Source of the DNA: Patescibacteria group bacterium
Lineage (GTDB): Bacteria > Patescibacteriota > Minisyncoccia > JAHIHE01 > JAGLIN01
Assembly (NCBI GenBank): GCA_029210775.1
Contig: JARGGI010000002.1
Coordinates: forward strand, 76,478 to 140,477
Reading direction: 5' to 3'
Length of the DNA stretch: 64,000 bases
Part shown: positions 39,761 through 48,513 of the stretch, one piece after another
Numbering within the stretch: the first letter of the stretch is position 1
Layout: the number at the start of each line of letters is the position of its first letter
Notes under the pieces: model-generated
The model's database searches: none
Told to the model about the DNA's origin: nothing
What the model saw: only the letters and a program-made list of their open reading frames with translations
Program-made: the position numbers and the translations under genes

Positions 39761-40960
39761 TTAGTTTTTAGTTAAATCTGATTTAATTATATCTCCTGGT
39801 AATGTCCATACGTTGGGACTTATTTTTACTCCTGGATAAAATGAAGTATGAATCCCAGTTTTTACATTATCACCGATCACAACACCAAGTTTTTGTCTCC
39901 CAGAATCAATTAAATTTTCATTTAATTTAGATTTTATACTTTTCCAATCGTGACGTAAATTAGCCGTAATCGTCCCCGCTCCCAAATTACAATTATCACC
40001 AATGACAGAATCTCCGACATAAGAAAGATGTGCGACATTCGTGTTATCGCCAATAATAGAATTTTTTATTTCCACCGCTTGACCAATATGAGAATTATTT
40101 CCGATAACCGTAAAAGCACGTAAATAACAATTCGGACCGATTACGCAATTCTCACCAATCATCACAGGTCCTTCTAAGTAGCTTCCTGATTTAATAATTG
40201 TGTTTTTCCCAATAATAATTTTTCCCTTTAAAATTGCTCCCTTTTCAATGTTGGTTTTCTTATTTATTTTAGATTTTATTCTATTTAGAATAAATTCATT
40301 TGCTTCTATAATATTCCACGGATATGAAATGGGAAGCCAATAATCTTCCACTTGAACAATATTAATTTTTTCCTTTTTTGCCATCAAATTATATGCATCT
40401 GTTAGCTCATATTCCCCTCTTTCAGATATACTTATTTCATCAAGAACATTAAAAATATTTTTTGAAAAAACAAAACAACCAATATTTACTAAATCTGAAA
40501 CAAATTTTTTTGGTTTTTCAACTACTTCACAAAAAAAATTATTTTTTGTCTTTAAAACTCCAAAACATTCAGGATTATTAACTTTCTGAGCAAGTATCGC
40601 ATTTTTATGCTTTAATAAGTTTTTTATATCTTTTCTACTATAAAGATCATCCCCAAACATTAAAATAAAATTGCTTTTAATAAACTTTTTAACTAACTTC
40701 AAGGCATCTGCGTTTCCTAATTGCTCATTTTGAATTATATAGTTAATTTTAATTTTTCCAAACTTATTTCCTAAAAAGTTTTCAATCATATCAGCTTTAT
40801 ATCCAACTACAATAAACACTTCATCTACAAAACTTTCTAGTTGCTTCAGGCTATGTTCAATAATGGTTTTGTTCGCCACTTTCAAAAGAGGCTTTGGTTT
40901 GGTTAAAGTTAAAGGATATGTCCTAGTTGACTTTCCAGCTGCTAAAATTACTGCTTGCAT
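39761..40960 (-). CDS. sugar-1-phosphate nucleotidyltransferase with C-terminal left-handed beta-helix (hexapeptide) domain (GlmU/archaeal-type)
   Basis: MQAVILAAGKSTRTYPLTLTKPKPLL. C-terminal hexapeptide repeats (IGKNTIIKSGSYLEGPVMIGENCVIGPNCYLRAFTVIGNNSHIG...). Confidence 0.75.
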   Translation of the reverse strand: MQAVILAAGKSTRTYPLTLTKPKPLLKVANKTIIEHSLKQLESFVDEVFIVVGYKADMIENFLGNKFGKIKINYIIQNEQLGNADALKLVKKFIKSNFILMFGDDLYSRKDIKNLLKHKNAILAQKVNNPECFGVLKTKNNFFCEVVEKPKKFVSDLVNIGCFVFSKNIFNVLDEISISERGEYELTDAYNLMAKKEKINIVQVEDYWLPISYPWNIIEANEFILNRIKSKINKKTNIEKGAILKGKIIIGKNTIIKSGSYLEGPVMIGENCVIGPNCYLRAFTVIGNNSHIGQAVEIKNSIIGDNTNVAHLSYVGDSVIGDNCNLGAGTITANLRHDWKSIKSKLNENLIDSGRQKLGVVIGDNVKTGIHTSFYPGVKISPNVWTLPGDIIKSDLTKN

Positions 40961-41040
40961 ATAAAAAAATTAATAATAATTTAGAATGACAAATTAAGAT
41001 GATAAAATTATTCTAATTATTGTGGCTACTAACCTTCTTT

Positions 41041-41165
41041 GTTATTACGAAAAGCATCAGCAACAAAGCAATCTCTTGCTTTCGTTCTATCGATAAAATG
41101 TAAAATAACTTTTGATTTGTTTTTATAGCTCTGAGATTGCTTCGCTGATGCTCGCAATGACAGAT
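41041..41165. repeat. MITE-like inverted pair (family A)
   Basis: gttattacgaaaagcatcagcaacaaagcaatctc ... gagattgcttcgctgatgctcgcaatgacag. Confidence 0.5.
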
Positions 41166-41220
41166 TTTTAGGATAAACGTTTTTTAGAATAACTGAGTAA
41201 TTACTAATTGTTTTGCATTT

Positions 41221-42294
41221 TTATTTTCCAATAATTACTTCCTGCGTCGGATATGGAATTTTTATCCCCTCTTTTTTAAATCTTCTATAAATTTCTTCAT
41301 TAATTTTTGTTTTTACGGAAAATTTCTTCTTAGGACTATCAACCCAAACTATTACCAAAAATTCTAATCCATAATCTCCTAATTCAGTAAAATATACGGA
41401 AGGCTCTGGTTTTTTTTCAACCCCTTCAATGTTCTCTGCAACAGCAAGAAGAGTTTCTTTAACTTTATCAATATCAGAACCATAGGCAACTTTTACTGTC
41501 ACCTTTTCTTTAATTTTTGATGCAGGTTGATTATAATTTATAATTTTGGAACTGGCAATAATATTATTTGGGATTACAACGACAGTTTCATCAAAAGTTT
41601 TTATTCTTGTTGATCTTATCCCAATTTCAAGAACATCTCCAATTTCTCCACTTTCAATCTGAACTCTATCTCCCACTCTAAAAGGCTTGTCAAAATAAAT
41701 TGAAATTCCACCAAACAAATGCGAGATTGTATCCTGAGCTGCAAAGGCAATTACAAATCCTGCAATTCCAGCTGAAGCTAAAAGCGGAGTAATATCTATA
41801 TTCCACATTTTAAGCAAAAACATTATGCCTGCAAAAAAGATAATTATATTACTTAATTTTTGAAATAGAGGCATAAGTTCGTCATCTAGTGTGGATTTTG
41901 TTTTTTCAGCAAATTTAAATCCGAGTTCAGAAATTATCACATTTACAAGCTTTGATATTGCATAAATCCAAATTAAAATCGCAATGGATTTGATTATTAG
42001 AGAAAAATCATCAGAATATCTTGTAAGAATACCAATGTAATTAAATGCTTGATAAACACCCAAGAGAACGACTGAGTAGAAAATTGGCATATTTAATATT
42101 TTCATAATTTTGTCATCTGTATCATTCTTTGTTTTTACTGTCAAAAACTTAAATACCTTGTTAAATAGAAAATTTGTAATTTGAGCAAGAATGAAAAAGA
42201 CAATCAAGATTATCAAAGCAACAACATATGAAGCAATGTTTATTCCTGTATACATACCTAATGTTTGGTTTAATTGTGCGAAATAGTCAATCAT
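41221..42294 (-). CDS. mechanosensitive ion channel, MscS family
   Basis: 357 aa. TM helices, then AAQDTISHLFGGISIYFDKPFRVGDRVQIESGEIGDVLEIGIRSTRIKTFDETVVVIPNNII. Confidence 0.8.
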   Translation of the reverse strand: MIDYFAQLNQTLGMYTGINIASYVVALIILIVFFILAQITNFLFNKVFKFLTVKTKNDTDDKIMKILNMPIFYSVVLLGVYQAFNYIGILTRYSDDFSLIIKSIAILIWIYAISKLVNVIISELGFKFAEKTKSTLDDELMPLFQKLSNIIIFFAGIMFLLKMWNIDITPLLASAGIAGFVIAFAAQDTISHLFGGISIYFDKPFRVGDRVQIESGEIGDVLEIGIRSTRIKTFDETVVVIPNNIIASSKIINYNQPASKIKEKVTVKVAYGSDIDKVKETLLAVAENIEGVEKKPEPSVYFTELGDYGLEFLVIVWVDSPKKKFSVKTKINEEIYRRFKKEGIKIPYPTQEVIIGK

Positions 42295-42431
42295 AGTTAT
42301 TTGTTAATTTTTATGCTTTTATTATAGCAGAAATTCAAGATTTTAAAAGAGTAAACTTATTATATTTATGATTATTGACATAAAAATCAGTTTTGGTAAT
42401 CTTATAATCAGCATTACAAGGAGAGATTGAA

Positions 42432-42695
42432 TTGAAAAGAAAAATAAAAAAAATTAAAACTATATTCCTGGTGTTACTCATAATCACAGCAATATTGTTT
42501 TTTTGGATAAATAATGACTCTTTCTTGAAACCTAAGCACCAAGAAAATAATAATGCAGACGAACCAAAATTTGAAGCTGTATTTGCAGTTATAGGATTGC
42601 TTGCAGTTGCATATCTTGTTCTTGGTAATAGAAGTGATGAAAAAAATGATAAAGAAATATATCAAAAAGATCCAAATAACAAAGGACATGGATAA
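42432..42695 (+). CDS. small membrane protein (hypothetical)
   Basis: 87 aa. One or two TM helices. A minus-strand ORF overlaps it. Weak. Confidence 0.25.
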   Translation: MKRKIKKIKTIFLVLLIITAILFFWINNDSFLKPKHQENNNADEPKFEAVFAVIGLLAVAYLVLGNRSDEKNDKEIYQKDPNNKGHG

Positions 42696-42835
42696 AATTC
42701 TATGTCTTGTTTTTTTAGATAAAAACTAAAAATAAATCTCAATATTATATTATATTTTTCCTTCTTTTACATTTTTACTTTATTGTTGACCTAAATATAA
42801 TTATAAAGTAAGCTTTAAAAGGACATAAGATATAA

Positions 42836-42900
42836 ATTGTCATTGTAAGCGAAGCGTGGCAATCCTATAATTAATATCCTTACACATAGTTTTAGTGTTG
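42836..42900. repeat. MITE-like unit (TTGTCATTGTAAGCGAAGCGTGGCAATCC)
   Basis: Closest to the presumed family-A consensus. Followed by a degenerate partner (gtgttgcttcataactta). Confidence 0.55.
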
Positions 42901-42962
42901 CTTCATAACTTACTCCTGACAAAAATATTTCTCAATATAAATAACCACTTAATACTAATTTT

Positions 42963-44033
42963 ATGGGATTTTCTGTAGGAATAGTAGGACTGCCTAATGT
43001 CGGCAAATCAACACTATTCAAAACTCTAACAAAAAAAGAGATTGATATATCAAATTATCCATTTTGCACAATCGACCCAAATGTTGGGATTGTGAAAGTT
43101 CCCGACGAAAGATTGCAAATATTGTCTGAATTTTCAAAAAGTAAAAAGATAATACCAACGGCTATTGAATTTGTTGATATTGCTGGACTAGTTAAAGACG
43201 CACATAAGGGCGAGGGACTTGGAAATAAATTTCTTTCAAATATTCGAGAAGTGGATATGATAGTTCATATTATACGCGGTTTTGAAGATAGTAATATCAC
43301 TCACGTTAGTGGAAAAACAGATCCAAAAAATGACATGGAAATAATTAATCTTGAGCTCATTCTCGCTGATCTAGAAACAATTAACAAAGGATTAGAAAAA
43401 ATAAAAAGAGATGTCAGAGCAGGAAAAAAAGAAGCAATTGAACTTCAAAGCGTACTTGAAAAATATAGACTGGCGCTTGAAAATGAAAAATTTGCAAATA
43501 TTGTTGAATTAAACAGGAACGAAAGAAAAATTATCAAGGGACTTCAACTTCTAACAAATAAGCCAGTTTTTTTTATTGTGAACGTCAATGAAAACCAAAA
43601 AATAGATAAAGAAAAAATCTTACCTGAAATTGAAAACAAAATTTTTATTCCCATTAAATTTGAACTAGACCTATCAGAACTTTCCCCTGAAGAAGTTCAA
43701 GAATTTAAAGCAGAAACAAAATTAGATGAAAATATTTCCAGCTTAGATGACCTAATAACCAAATGTTACAATTTACTTGGATTAATAACATTTTTAACAA
43801 CAGGTGAAGACGAAACTCGCGCCTGGACAGTCAAAAAAAATTCCACCGCTCCTGAGGCCGGTCGTGCTATTCACGGTGATTTTGAAGAAAAGTTTATCCG
43901 CGCCTCTGTCATTAATTGGCAAAAATTATTAGATTCTGGCTCTTGGCAAAACGCTGTTGAAAAAGGGCTTCTCCGAACCGAGGGCAAAGAATATATTGTC
44001 CAAGATGGAGATGTAATTGAATATAAAATATAG
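42963..44033 (+). CDS. ychF: ribosome-binding ATPase YchF (Obg-family GTPase, C-terminal TGS domain)
   Basis: MGFSVGIVGLPNVGKSTLF...; NKxD region; C-terminal TGS domain. 356 aa. Confidence 0.9.
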   Translation: MGFSVGIVGLPNVGKSTLFKTLTKKEIDISNYPFCTIDPNVGIVKVPDERLQILSEFSKSKKIIPTAIEFVDIAGLVKDAHKGEGLGNKFLSNIREVDMIVHIIRGFEDSNITHVSGKTDPKNDMEIINLELILADLETINKGLEKIKRDVRAGKKEAIELQSVLEKYRLALENEKFANIVELNRNERKIIKGLQLLTNKPVFFIVNVNENQKIDKEKILPEIENKIFIPIKFELDLSELSPEEVQEFKAETKLDENISSLDDLITKCYNLLGLITFLTTGEDETRAWTVKKNSTAPEAGRAIHGDFEEKFIRASVINWQKLLDSGSWQNAVEKGLLRTEGKEYIVQDGDVIEYKI

Positions 44034-44035
44034 AC

Positions 44036-44082
44036 ATGTATAACTTTTTTCACGGCCGTGAGAAAAGTTATACATTTTTTAG
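44036..44082 (+). terminator. rho-independent terminator after ychF
   Basis: atgtataactttt-ttcacggccgtgag-aaaagttatacat followed by tttttt (13-bp stem plus inner GC clamp). Confidence 0.75.
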
Positions 44083-44772
44083 AGTGAAGTTGTTGATTTG
44101 TTATATTGTCATATTTAGATAATATTTCAAAAGATACAACAAAAAATTTCGACCATAAACATATATGATCATAAATGTTATATAGGGTTTTATTTGTAAG
44201 ATTTAAGAATCCTTTATTATGCTATCACTTGCACAAGATGAAAAAAATATTTTTTTTCGCTAAAAATAGCTATTTATAAAAAATGTTTTAAAAATTATTT
44301 TCTCTTATGATTTTATGTTAGCATATTAATATAAACCTCCTTCTCTGTGATAATTATGTGATAAGATATATAGTTGTTTAATTAGATAGATTATATATAT
44401 CACCATGGATTATAAGTATATTACTATGTTTAAAAAAAAATTAAAAGATATGATATTATTTGTTTTGAAGATACCCAACGTTTTGCAGGGCATCCTCGTT
44501 AAATCTGCAAACCATCCCAGGAGAAAATTCCAATATTCTAATAAAGTTAATCAACTGTCCAAATAGAACATTTCTAAATAATTTAAAAGAGGACATTTCT
44601 ATTTCACCTTTACACATAAACCTCCTTCCCTTGCCAAGAACAAAACATTATGATAATATAAAAACACTTAAAGATATATGGTGTATACATAGATTATACA
44701 TCCAAAGGTCCATATATATCTGTGTTTTTTGTGTCAAATTAAACAAATTTAATTAATATAACGAAATAATAA

Positions 44773-45591
44773 ATGAAAAATTACGAAATACTTTATATTT
44801 TGCCCTCAACAATGACAGGCAAGGAAATAAAATCAAATTTTTTGGAAATTGAAAAAGAGGTTGAAAATTTAGGAGGAAAAAAACTTGAAACTTTACTTGA
44901 TCACCCTTTCTTATTAAAGACAGAAATTTCAAAAGAAGAAGATTCAGAAGAGTTAAAAGGACTACCAGTTATAAAAAGGAAATTGGCATATGTCATAAAA
45001 AAAAATCGTTTTGGGTTTTATTGTCTTTTTAATTTTTCTGCGGAAGAAAAAAGCATAAAAGAAATTGACAACTATTTAAGAATGAATAATAATATCTTAA
45101 GATATATAATGTTGCAAATAGATCCAATGAATGCTGAAAACCTAAAACAACTTCAAAAGCTTTTTGCAAGAAAAAAAGCTGAACAAGATAAAAATGAAGG
45201 AAAGAAGGATAATGTTCAAGAAGCAAGAAGAACAACGCGCGAAGAAAGGGTTATAAAAGTTTCAGAGGAGAAAAAAAGAGTTGAAGATCCTAAAGCAGAA
45301 ACATTAACGAAATCTAAAGAAACAAAAAAAGAAATAATTGAAGAAAAAGAAGTTAAAACCAAAGAACTTAAAGTTAAAGAAGAAATGGCAATTTCGAAAA
45401 TTAAACCTCCAATGAAAATTGAAGAAAAAGTTGAGAAAAAGAAAGAAGAACCAAAGGAAGTTGTTAAAGAAAAAGAAACCAAAAAAGAAAAAGTTGAATC
45501 TAAAGACAAGACTTTAGATAAGAAAAAGAAAGTAAGACTTGAGGATCTGGAAGAAAAACTTGATGAAATTCTTGAAGATACAATGCTTTAA
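44773..45591 (+). CDS. rpsF: 30S ribosomal protein S6 with ~150-aa K/E-rich C-terminal extension
   Basis: MKNYEILYILPSTM...LGGKKLE...LAYVIKKNRFGFYCLFNF fits the S6 fold consensus. The tail is low-complexity KEEK repeats. First gene of the rpsF-ssb-rpsR arrangement. Confidence 0.8.
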   Translation: MKNYEILYILPSTMTGKEIKSNFLEIEKEVENLGGKKLETLLDHPFLLKTEISKEEDSEELKGLPVIKRKLAYVIKKNRFGFYCLFNFSAEEKSIKEIDNYLRMNNNILRYIMLQIDPMNAENLKQLQKLFARKKAEQDKNEGKKDNVQEARRTTREERVIKVSEEKKRVEDPKAETLTKSKETKKEIIEEKEVKTKELKVKEEMAISKIKPPMKIEEKVEKKKEEPKEVVKEKETKKEKVESKDKTLDKKKKVRLEDLEEKLDEILEDTML

Positions 45592-45626
45592 GCTTATTTA
45601 AATAATTTAAATGATAACTTAAAAAT

Positions 45627-46097
45627 ATGAATTTCAATAAAACAATAATAGTTGGTAGAATAACAAAAGATCCCGAAACAAGGACTACCCCAAATGGCCA
45701 AACAGTTGCTTCAATTGGAGTCGCTACTAACAGAGTATGGAACACAAATGGCGGAGAGAGACAAGAAAAAGTTGAATACCATAGTATTGTTGCATGGGGA
45801 AAACTTGCTGAAATATGCGGTCAATATCTTTCAAAAGGACAGTTAGTTTTATTTGAAGGAAGATTAGAAACAAGAACTTGGGAAGGACAAGACGGAGTAA
45901 AGAGATCTAAGACTGAAATTATTGCTGAAAATATGCAAATGGGACCAAGAACAAAGTCTCAAGGAGAAGAATCATTCCAACAAAATGAAGAAAGATCAAA
46001 TAAAGACAATGTAGATCAAAAACAAACCAAAGAACAATCTGAAGTTAAAAGTTCATCCGATGACGAAGAAATAAAAATAGAAGATATCCCCTTCTAA
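45627..46097 (+). CDS. ssb: single-stranded DNA-binding protein
   Basis: MNFNKTIIVGRITKDPETRTTPNGQTVASIGVATNRVW. Acidic C-terminal tail ending DDEEIKIEDIPF. Confidence 0.9.
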   Translation: MNFNKTIIVGRITKDPETRTTPNGQTVASIGVATNRVWNTNGGERQEKVEYHSIVAWGKLAEICGQYLSKGQLVLFEGRLETRTWEGQDGVKRSKTEIIAENMQMGPRTKSQGEESFQQNEERSNKDNVDQKQTKEQSEVKSSSDDEEIKIEDIPF

Positions 46098-46127
46098 AAA
46101 TGATAAATAATATAATAAAATCACACT

Positions 46128-46352
46128 ATGAATCAAAATATTATACAACCAAAGAAACAGTGTCTTTTCTGCATTGAAAAGGAGAGAAATGTGGACTATA
46201 AAGACCCTCAAACACTAAGAAGATTTGTAAGTCAACGTGCCAAAGTTTTACAACCCAAAAGAACTGGTGCTTGCACAAAACATCAAAGACATGTTGCAAA
46301 CGCAATCAAAAGAGCGAGATTTATGGGATTACTTCCTTATGTTTCAAAATAA
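46128..46352 (+). CDS. rpsR: 30S ribosomal protein S18
   Basis: 74 aa. CLFCIEKERNVDYKDPQTLRRFVSQRAKVLQPKRTGACTKHQRHVANAIKRARFMGLLPY. Confidence 0.9.
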   Translation: MNQNIIQPKKQCLFCIEKERNVDYKDPQTLRRFVSQRAKVLQPKRTGACTKHQRHVANAIKRARFMGLLPYVSK

Positions 46353-46368
46353 CAATAATTCAAATCAA

Positions 46369-46405
46369 AAAAATATACCAATTCAAAGATTGGTATATTT
46401 TTTAT
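46369..46405 (+). terminator. rho-independent terminator after rpsR
   Basis: aaatatacca-attcaaaga-ttggtatattt followed by ttttt. Confidence 0.65.
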
Positions 46406-46456
46406 TCTAAAATAATTTAATACAAGCACTAGACTGGCTTATTTGATTTTCTTTAA

Positions 46457-46587
46457 ATTACGAAATAACTAAATTTGTCATAGTGAGCTTGTCGAACTAT
46501 GATAAATTTGATGCATTTTCCACTATTCGACAAGCCTGTCTGCCGACAGGCAGGCTCAGGGTGACAAGTATATTGAATTTCGTAATT
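46457..46587. mobile_element. MITE-like element, family B copy 1 (131 bp, 11-bp perfect TIRs AATTACGAAAT/ATTTCGTAATT)
   Basis: About 95% identical to the copy at 58981-59092, apart from a 20-bp internal insertion (cctgtctgccgacaggcagg) that is itself a module seen at 27963-28010. Confidence 0.7.
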
Positions 46588-46601
46588 TAAGGTAATTTTA
46601 A

Positions 46602-47633
46602 TTATCCTTGTGCAATCTCAATTTTAACTGATTCTTTAATTTTCTTGATAATTTCCTCTGTTATTTTTGGATTTTCTTTTAAAAATTTTCTACTTGCTTC
46701 ATATCCCTGTCCAAGTTTATGTTCTCCATAATTATACCAAGCACCACCCTTTTTTATTATTTCATATTTGACTCCAGTATTTAAAACATCTCCATAATAA
46801 GCAATTCCTTCATTATACATAATATCAAATTCAGTAGTTTTAAACGGCGCAGCAATTTTATTTTTCGCAATTTTTGCCTTTACCCTATTTCCTATTATAT
46901 TTTCACCTTGTTTAATTTGCGCAGATTTTCTAACTTCAATTCTGACAGATGAATAAAATTTAAGAGCATTCCCACCTGTAGTTGTTTCGGGATTTCCGAA
47001 CACAACCCCAATTTTCATTCTTATTTGATTGATAAAAATCACAGTTACATTTGATTTGTGAACGATTCCAGCAAGTTTTCGAAGAGCTTGACTCATAAGC
47101 CTTGCCTGAAGACCCATATGAGAAGCTCCCATTTCTCCTTCAATCTCGGCTCTTGGCGTGAGAGCTGCAACAGAATCAATTACAACCAAATCAACCGCAC
47201 TAGACCTAACAAGAGCTTCAACAATTTCTAAAGCCTGTTCCCCGCTATCTGGCTGTGAAATTATTAAATCATTTATTTTTACTCCAATTTTTTTGGCATA
47301 TTCAGGATCAAGCGCATGCTCAGCATCAATAAAAGCAGCGGTTCCTTTCATTTTCTGTAACTCTGAAACCACATGCAAAGACAAGGTTGTTTTCCCACTT
47401 GATTCTGGACCATAAATCTCCAATATTCTTCCTTTTGGAATTCCTCCTCCAAGAGCAATATCAAGCGATATTGATCCTGTTGGAATAAATTCAATATCCA
47501 TTGCTCTTGCTTCTCCAAGTTTCATTATTGACCCTTCACCGAATCTACTTTTAATGTCGTCTAACGCCTCTTTTACTAATTTTTCTTTTTCTGTTTTTTC
47601 TGTATTATCCTTTTTTGTATCTTCTTTTGTCAT
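46602..47633 (-). CDS. recA: recombinase RecA
   Basis: 343 aa. [33 protein letters not shown]-terminal domain present. Confidence 0.95.
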   Translation of the reverse strand: MTKEDTKKDNTEKTEKEKLVKEALDDIKSRFGEGSIMKLGEARAMDIEFIPTGSISLDIALGGGIPKGRILEIYGPESSGKTTLSLHVVSELQKMKGTAAFIDAEHALDPEYAKKIGVKINDLIISQPDSGEQALEIVEALVRSSAVDLVVIDSVAALTPRAEIEGEMGASHMGLQARLMSQALRKLAGIVHKSNVTVIFINQIRMKIGVVFGNPETTTGGNALKFYSSVRIEVRKSAQIKQGENIIGNRVKAKIAKNKIAAPFKTTEFDIMYNEGIAYYGDVLNTGVKYEIIKKGGAWYNYGEHKLGQGYEASRKFLKENPKITEEIIKKIKESVKIEIAQG

Positions 47634-47685
47634 AATTTTATTCTAATAAATTAATTAACTTTTTCTAACATATTGAAACCATGCT

Positions 47686-48483
47686 CTATGGTCCTATAAA
47701 TTCAATATTTTCTATTGAATCTAAACTCTCTTCTATCGCAATATCTTTTTGCTCTTCTTCTGTTTTATTTATGTTAGTTGGGACAGATTCAAATGTTTTT
47801 TTATAAATTATATTCCTAATTCTTGTGTCAGATTTATTAAATCTATTCACGGCCTCAATATTAAGAATATTATTTCCAGGTTTTAACAAAATTATCTCAC
47901 TAAAATATCCTTCAGAATCAACAAAAACATCCTCACCGTTTATTTTTATGACTGCTTCTTTTTCTGTTTGTCCGGCAACTTCAATTTCCGATGTCTCTGA
48001 TATCATATCTTCAACTGGACTTGAAATAAAAAGATATGGCACTGAATTAAAAGAACTTATCTGATACCATAAATAATAACCAATTATAAGTAAAAAAAAT
48101 AAGCTGAAGAAAACAGTTAATATCTTTGGAGTTATTATTACATACTTAGAAATAAACAAATCTTTCTTTTTCTTTTTCTTTTTTGGATTCTTCTTATTTT
48201 CAATTTTGTTTCCAATTGCTCTTTCTGTGCCATATAATCTTGCCATTTTTTCTGGATCAAATCCAACATACTTAGAATAGCTTTTGACAAAACCCTTAAC
48301 ATAAACATCTGGAGGAAGTTTGTTATAATTATTCTCTTCAAGATCTTCAATGTAGCTGATTCTTATCTTTAACTTTTCGCTAATTTGTTTGATAGAAATC
48401 CCCATTTCTTCCCTTTTCTTTTTTAGATATTCACCAACAGTAATATTACTATATATTTTTTTAGTTTTAAATCTAGTCAGCAT
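47686..48483 (-). CDS. RodZ-like protein (N-terminal XRE-type HTH, TM helix, C-terminal domain)
   Basis: ITVGEYLKKKREEMGISIKQISEKLKIRISYIEDLEENNYNKLPPDVYVKGFVKSYSKYVG is the typical RodZ N-terminus. K-rich linker. One TM helix. Confidence 0.5.
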   Translation of the reverse strand: MLTRFKTKKIYSNITVGEYLKKKREEMGISIKQISEKLKIRISYIEDLEENNYNKLPPDVYVKGFVKSYSKYVGFDPEKMARLYGTERAIGNKIENKKNPKKKKKKKDLFISKYVIITPKILTVFFSLFFLLIIGYYLWYQISSFNSVPYLFISSPVEDMISETSEIEVAGQTEKEAVIKINGEDVFVDSEGYFSEIILLKPGNNILNIEAVNRFNKSDTRIRNIIYKKTFESVPTNINKTEEEQKDIAIEESLDSIENIEFIGP

Positions 48484-48513
48484 ATTTATTCAAAATTATA
48501 TTTTTATTGACTA

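Noticed and set aside
42474-42689. Minus-strand 71-aa ORF overlapping the 87-aa plus-strand ORF
   Set aside because: The two ORFs are mutually exclusive and both weak. Neither has a motif. The plus-strand one was kept at low confidence only because its hydrophobic profile is more protein-like.
44405-44566. Plus-strand 53-aa ORF in the rpsF upstream region as a gene
   Set aside because: It has no Shine-Dalgarno sequence and an AT-rich low-complexity composition. The antisense 53-aa ORF has a perfect GGAGG and is the better candidate, though both may be non-coding.
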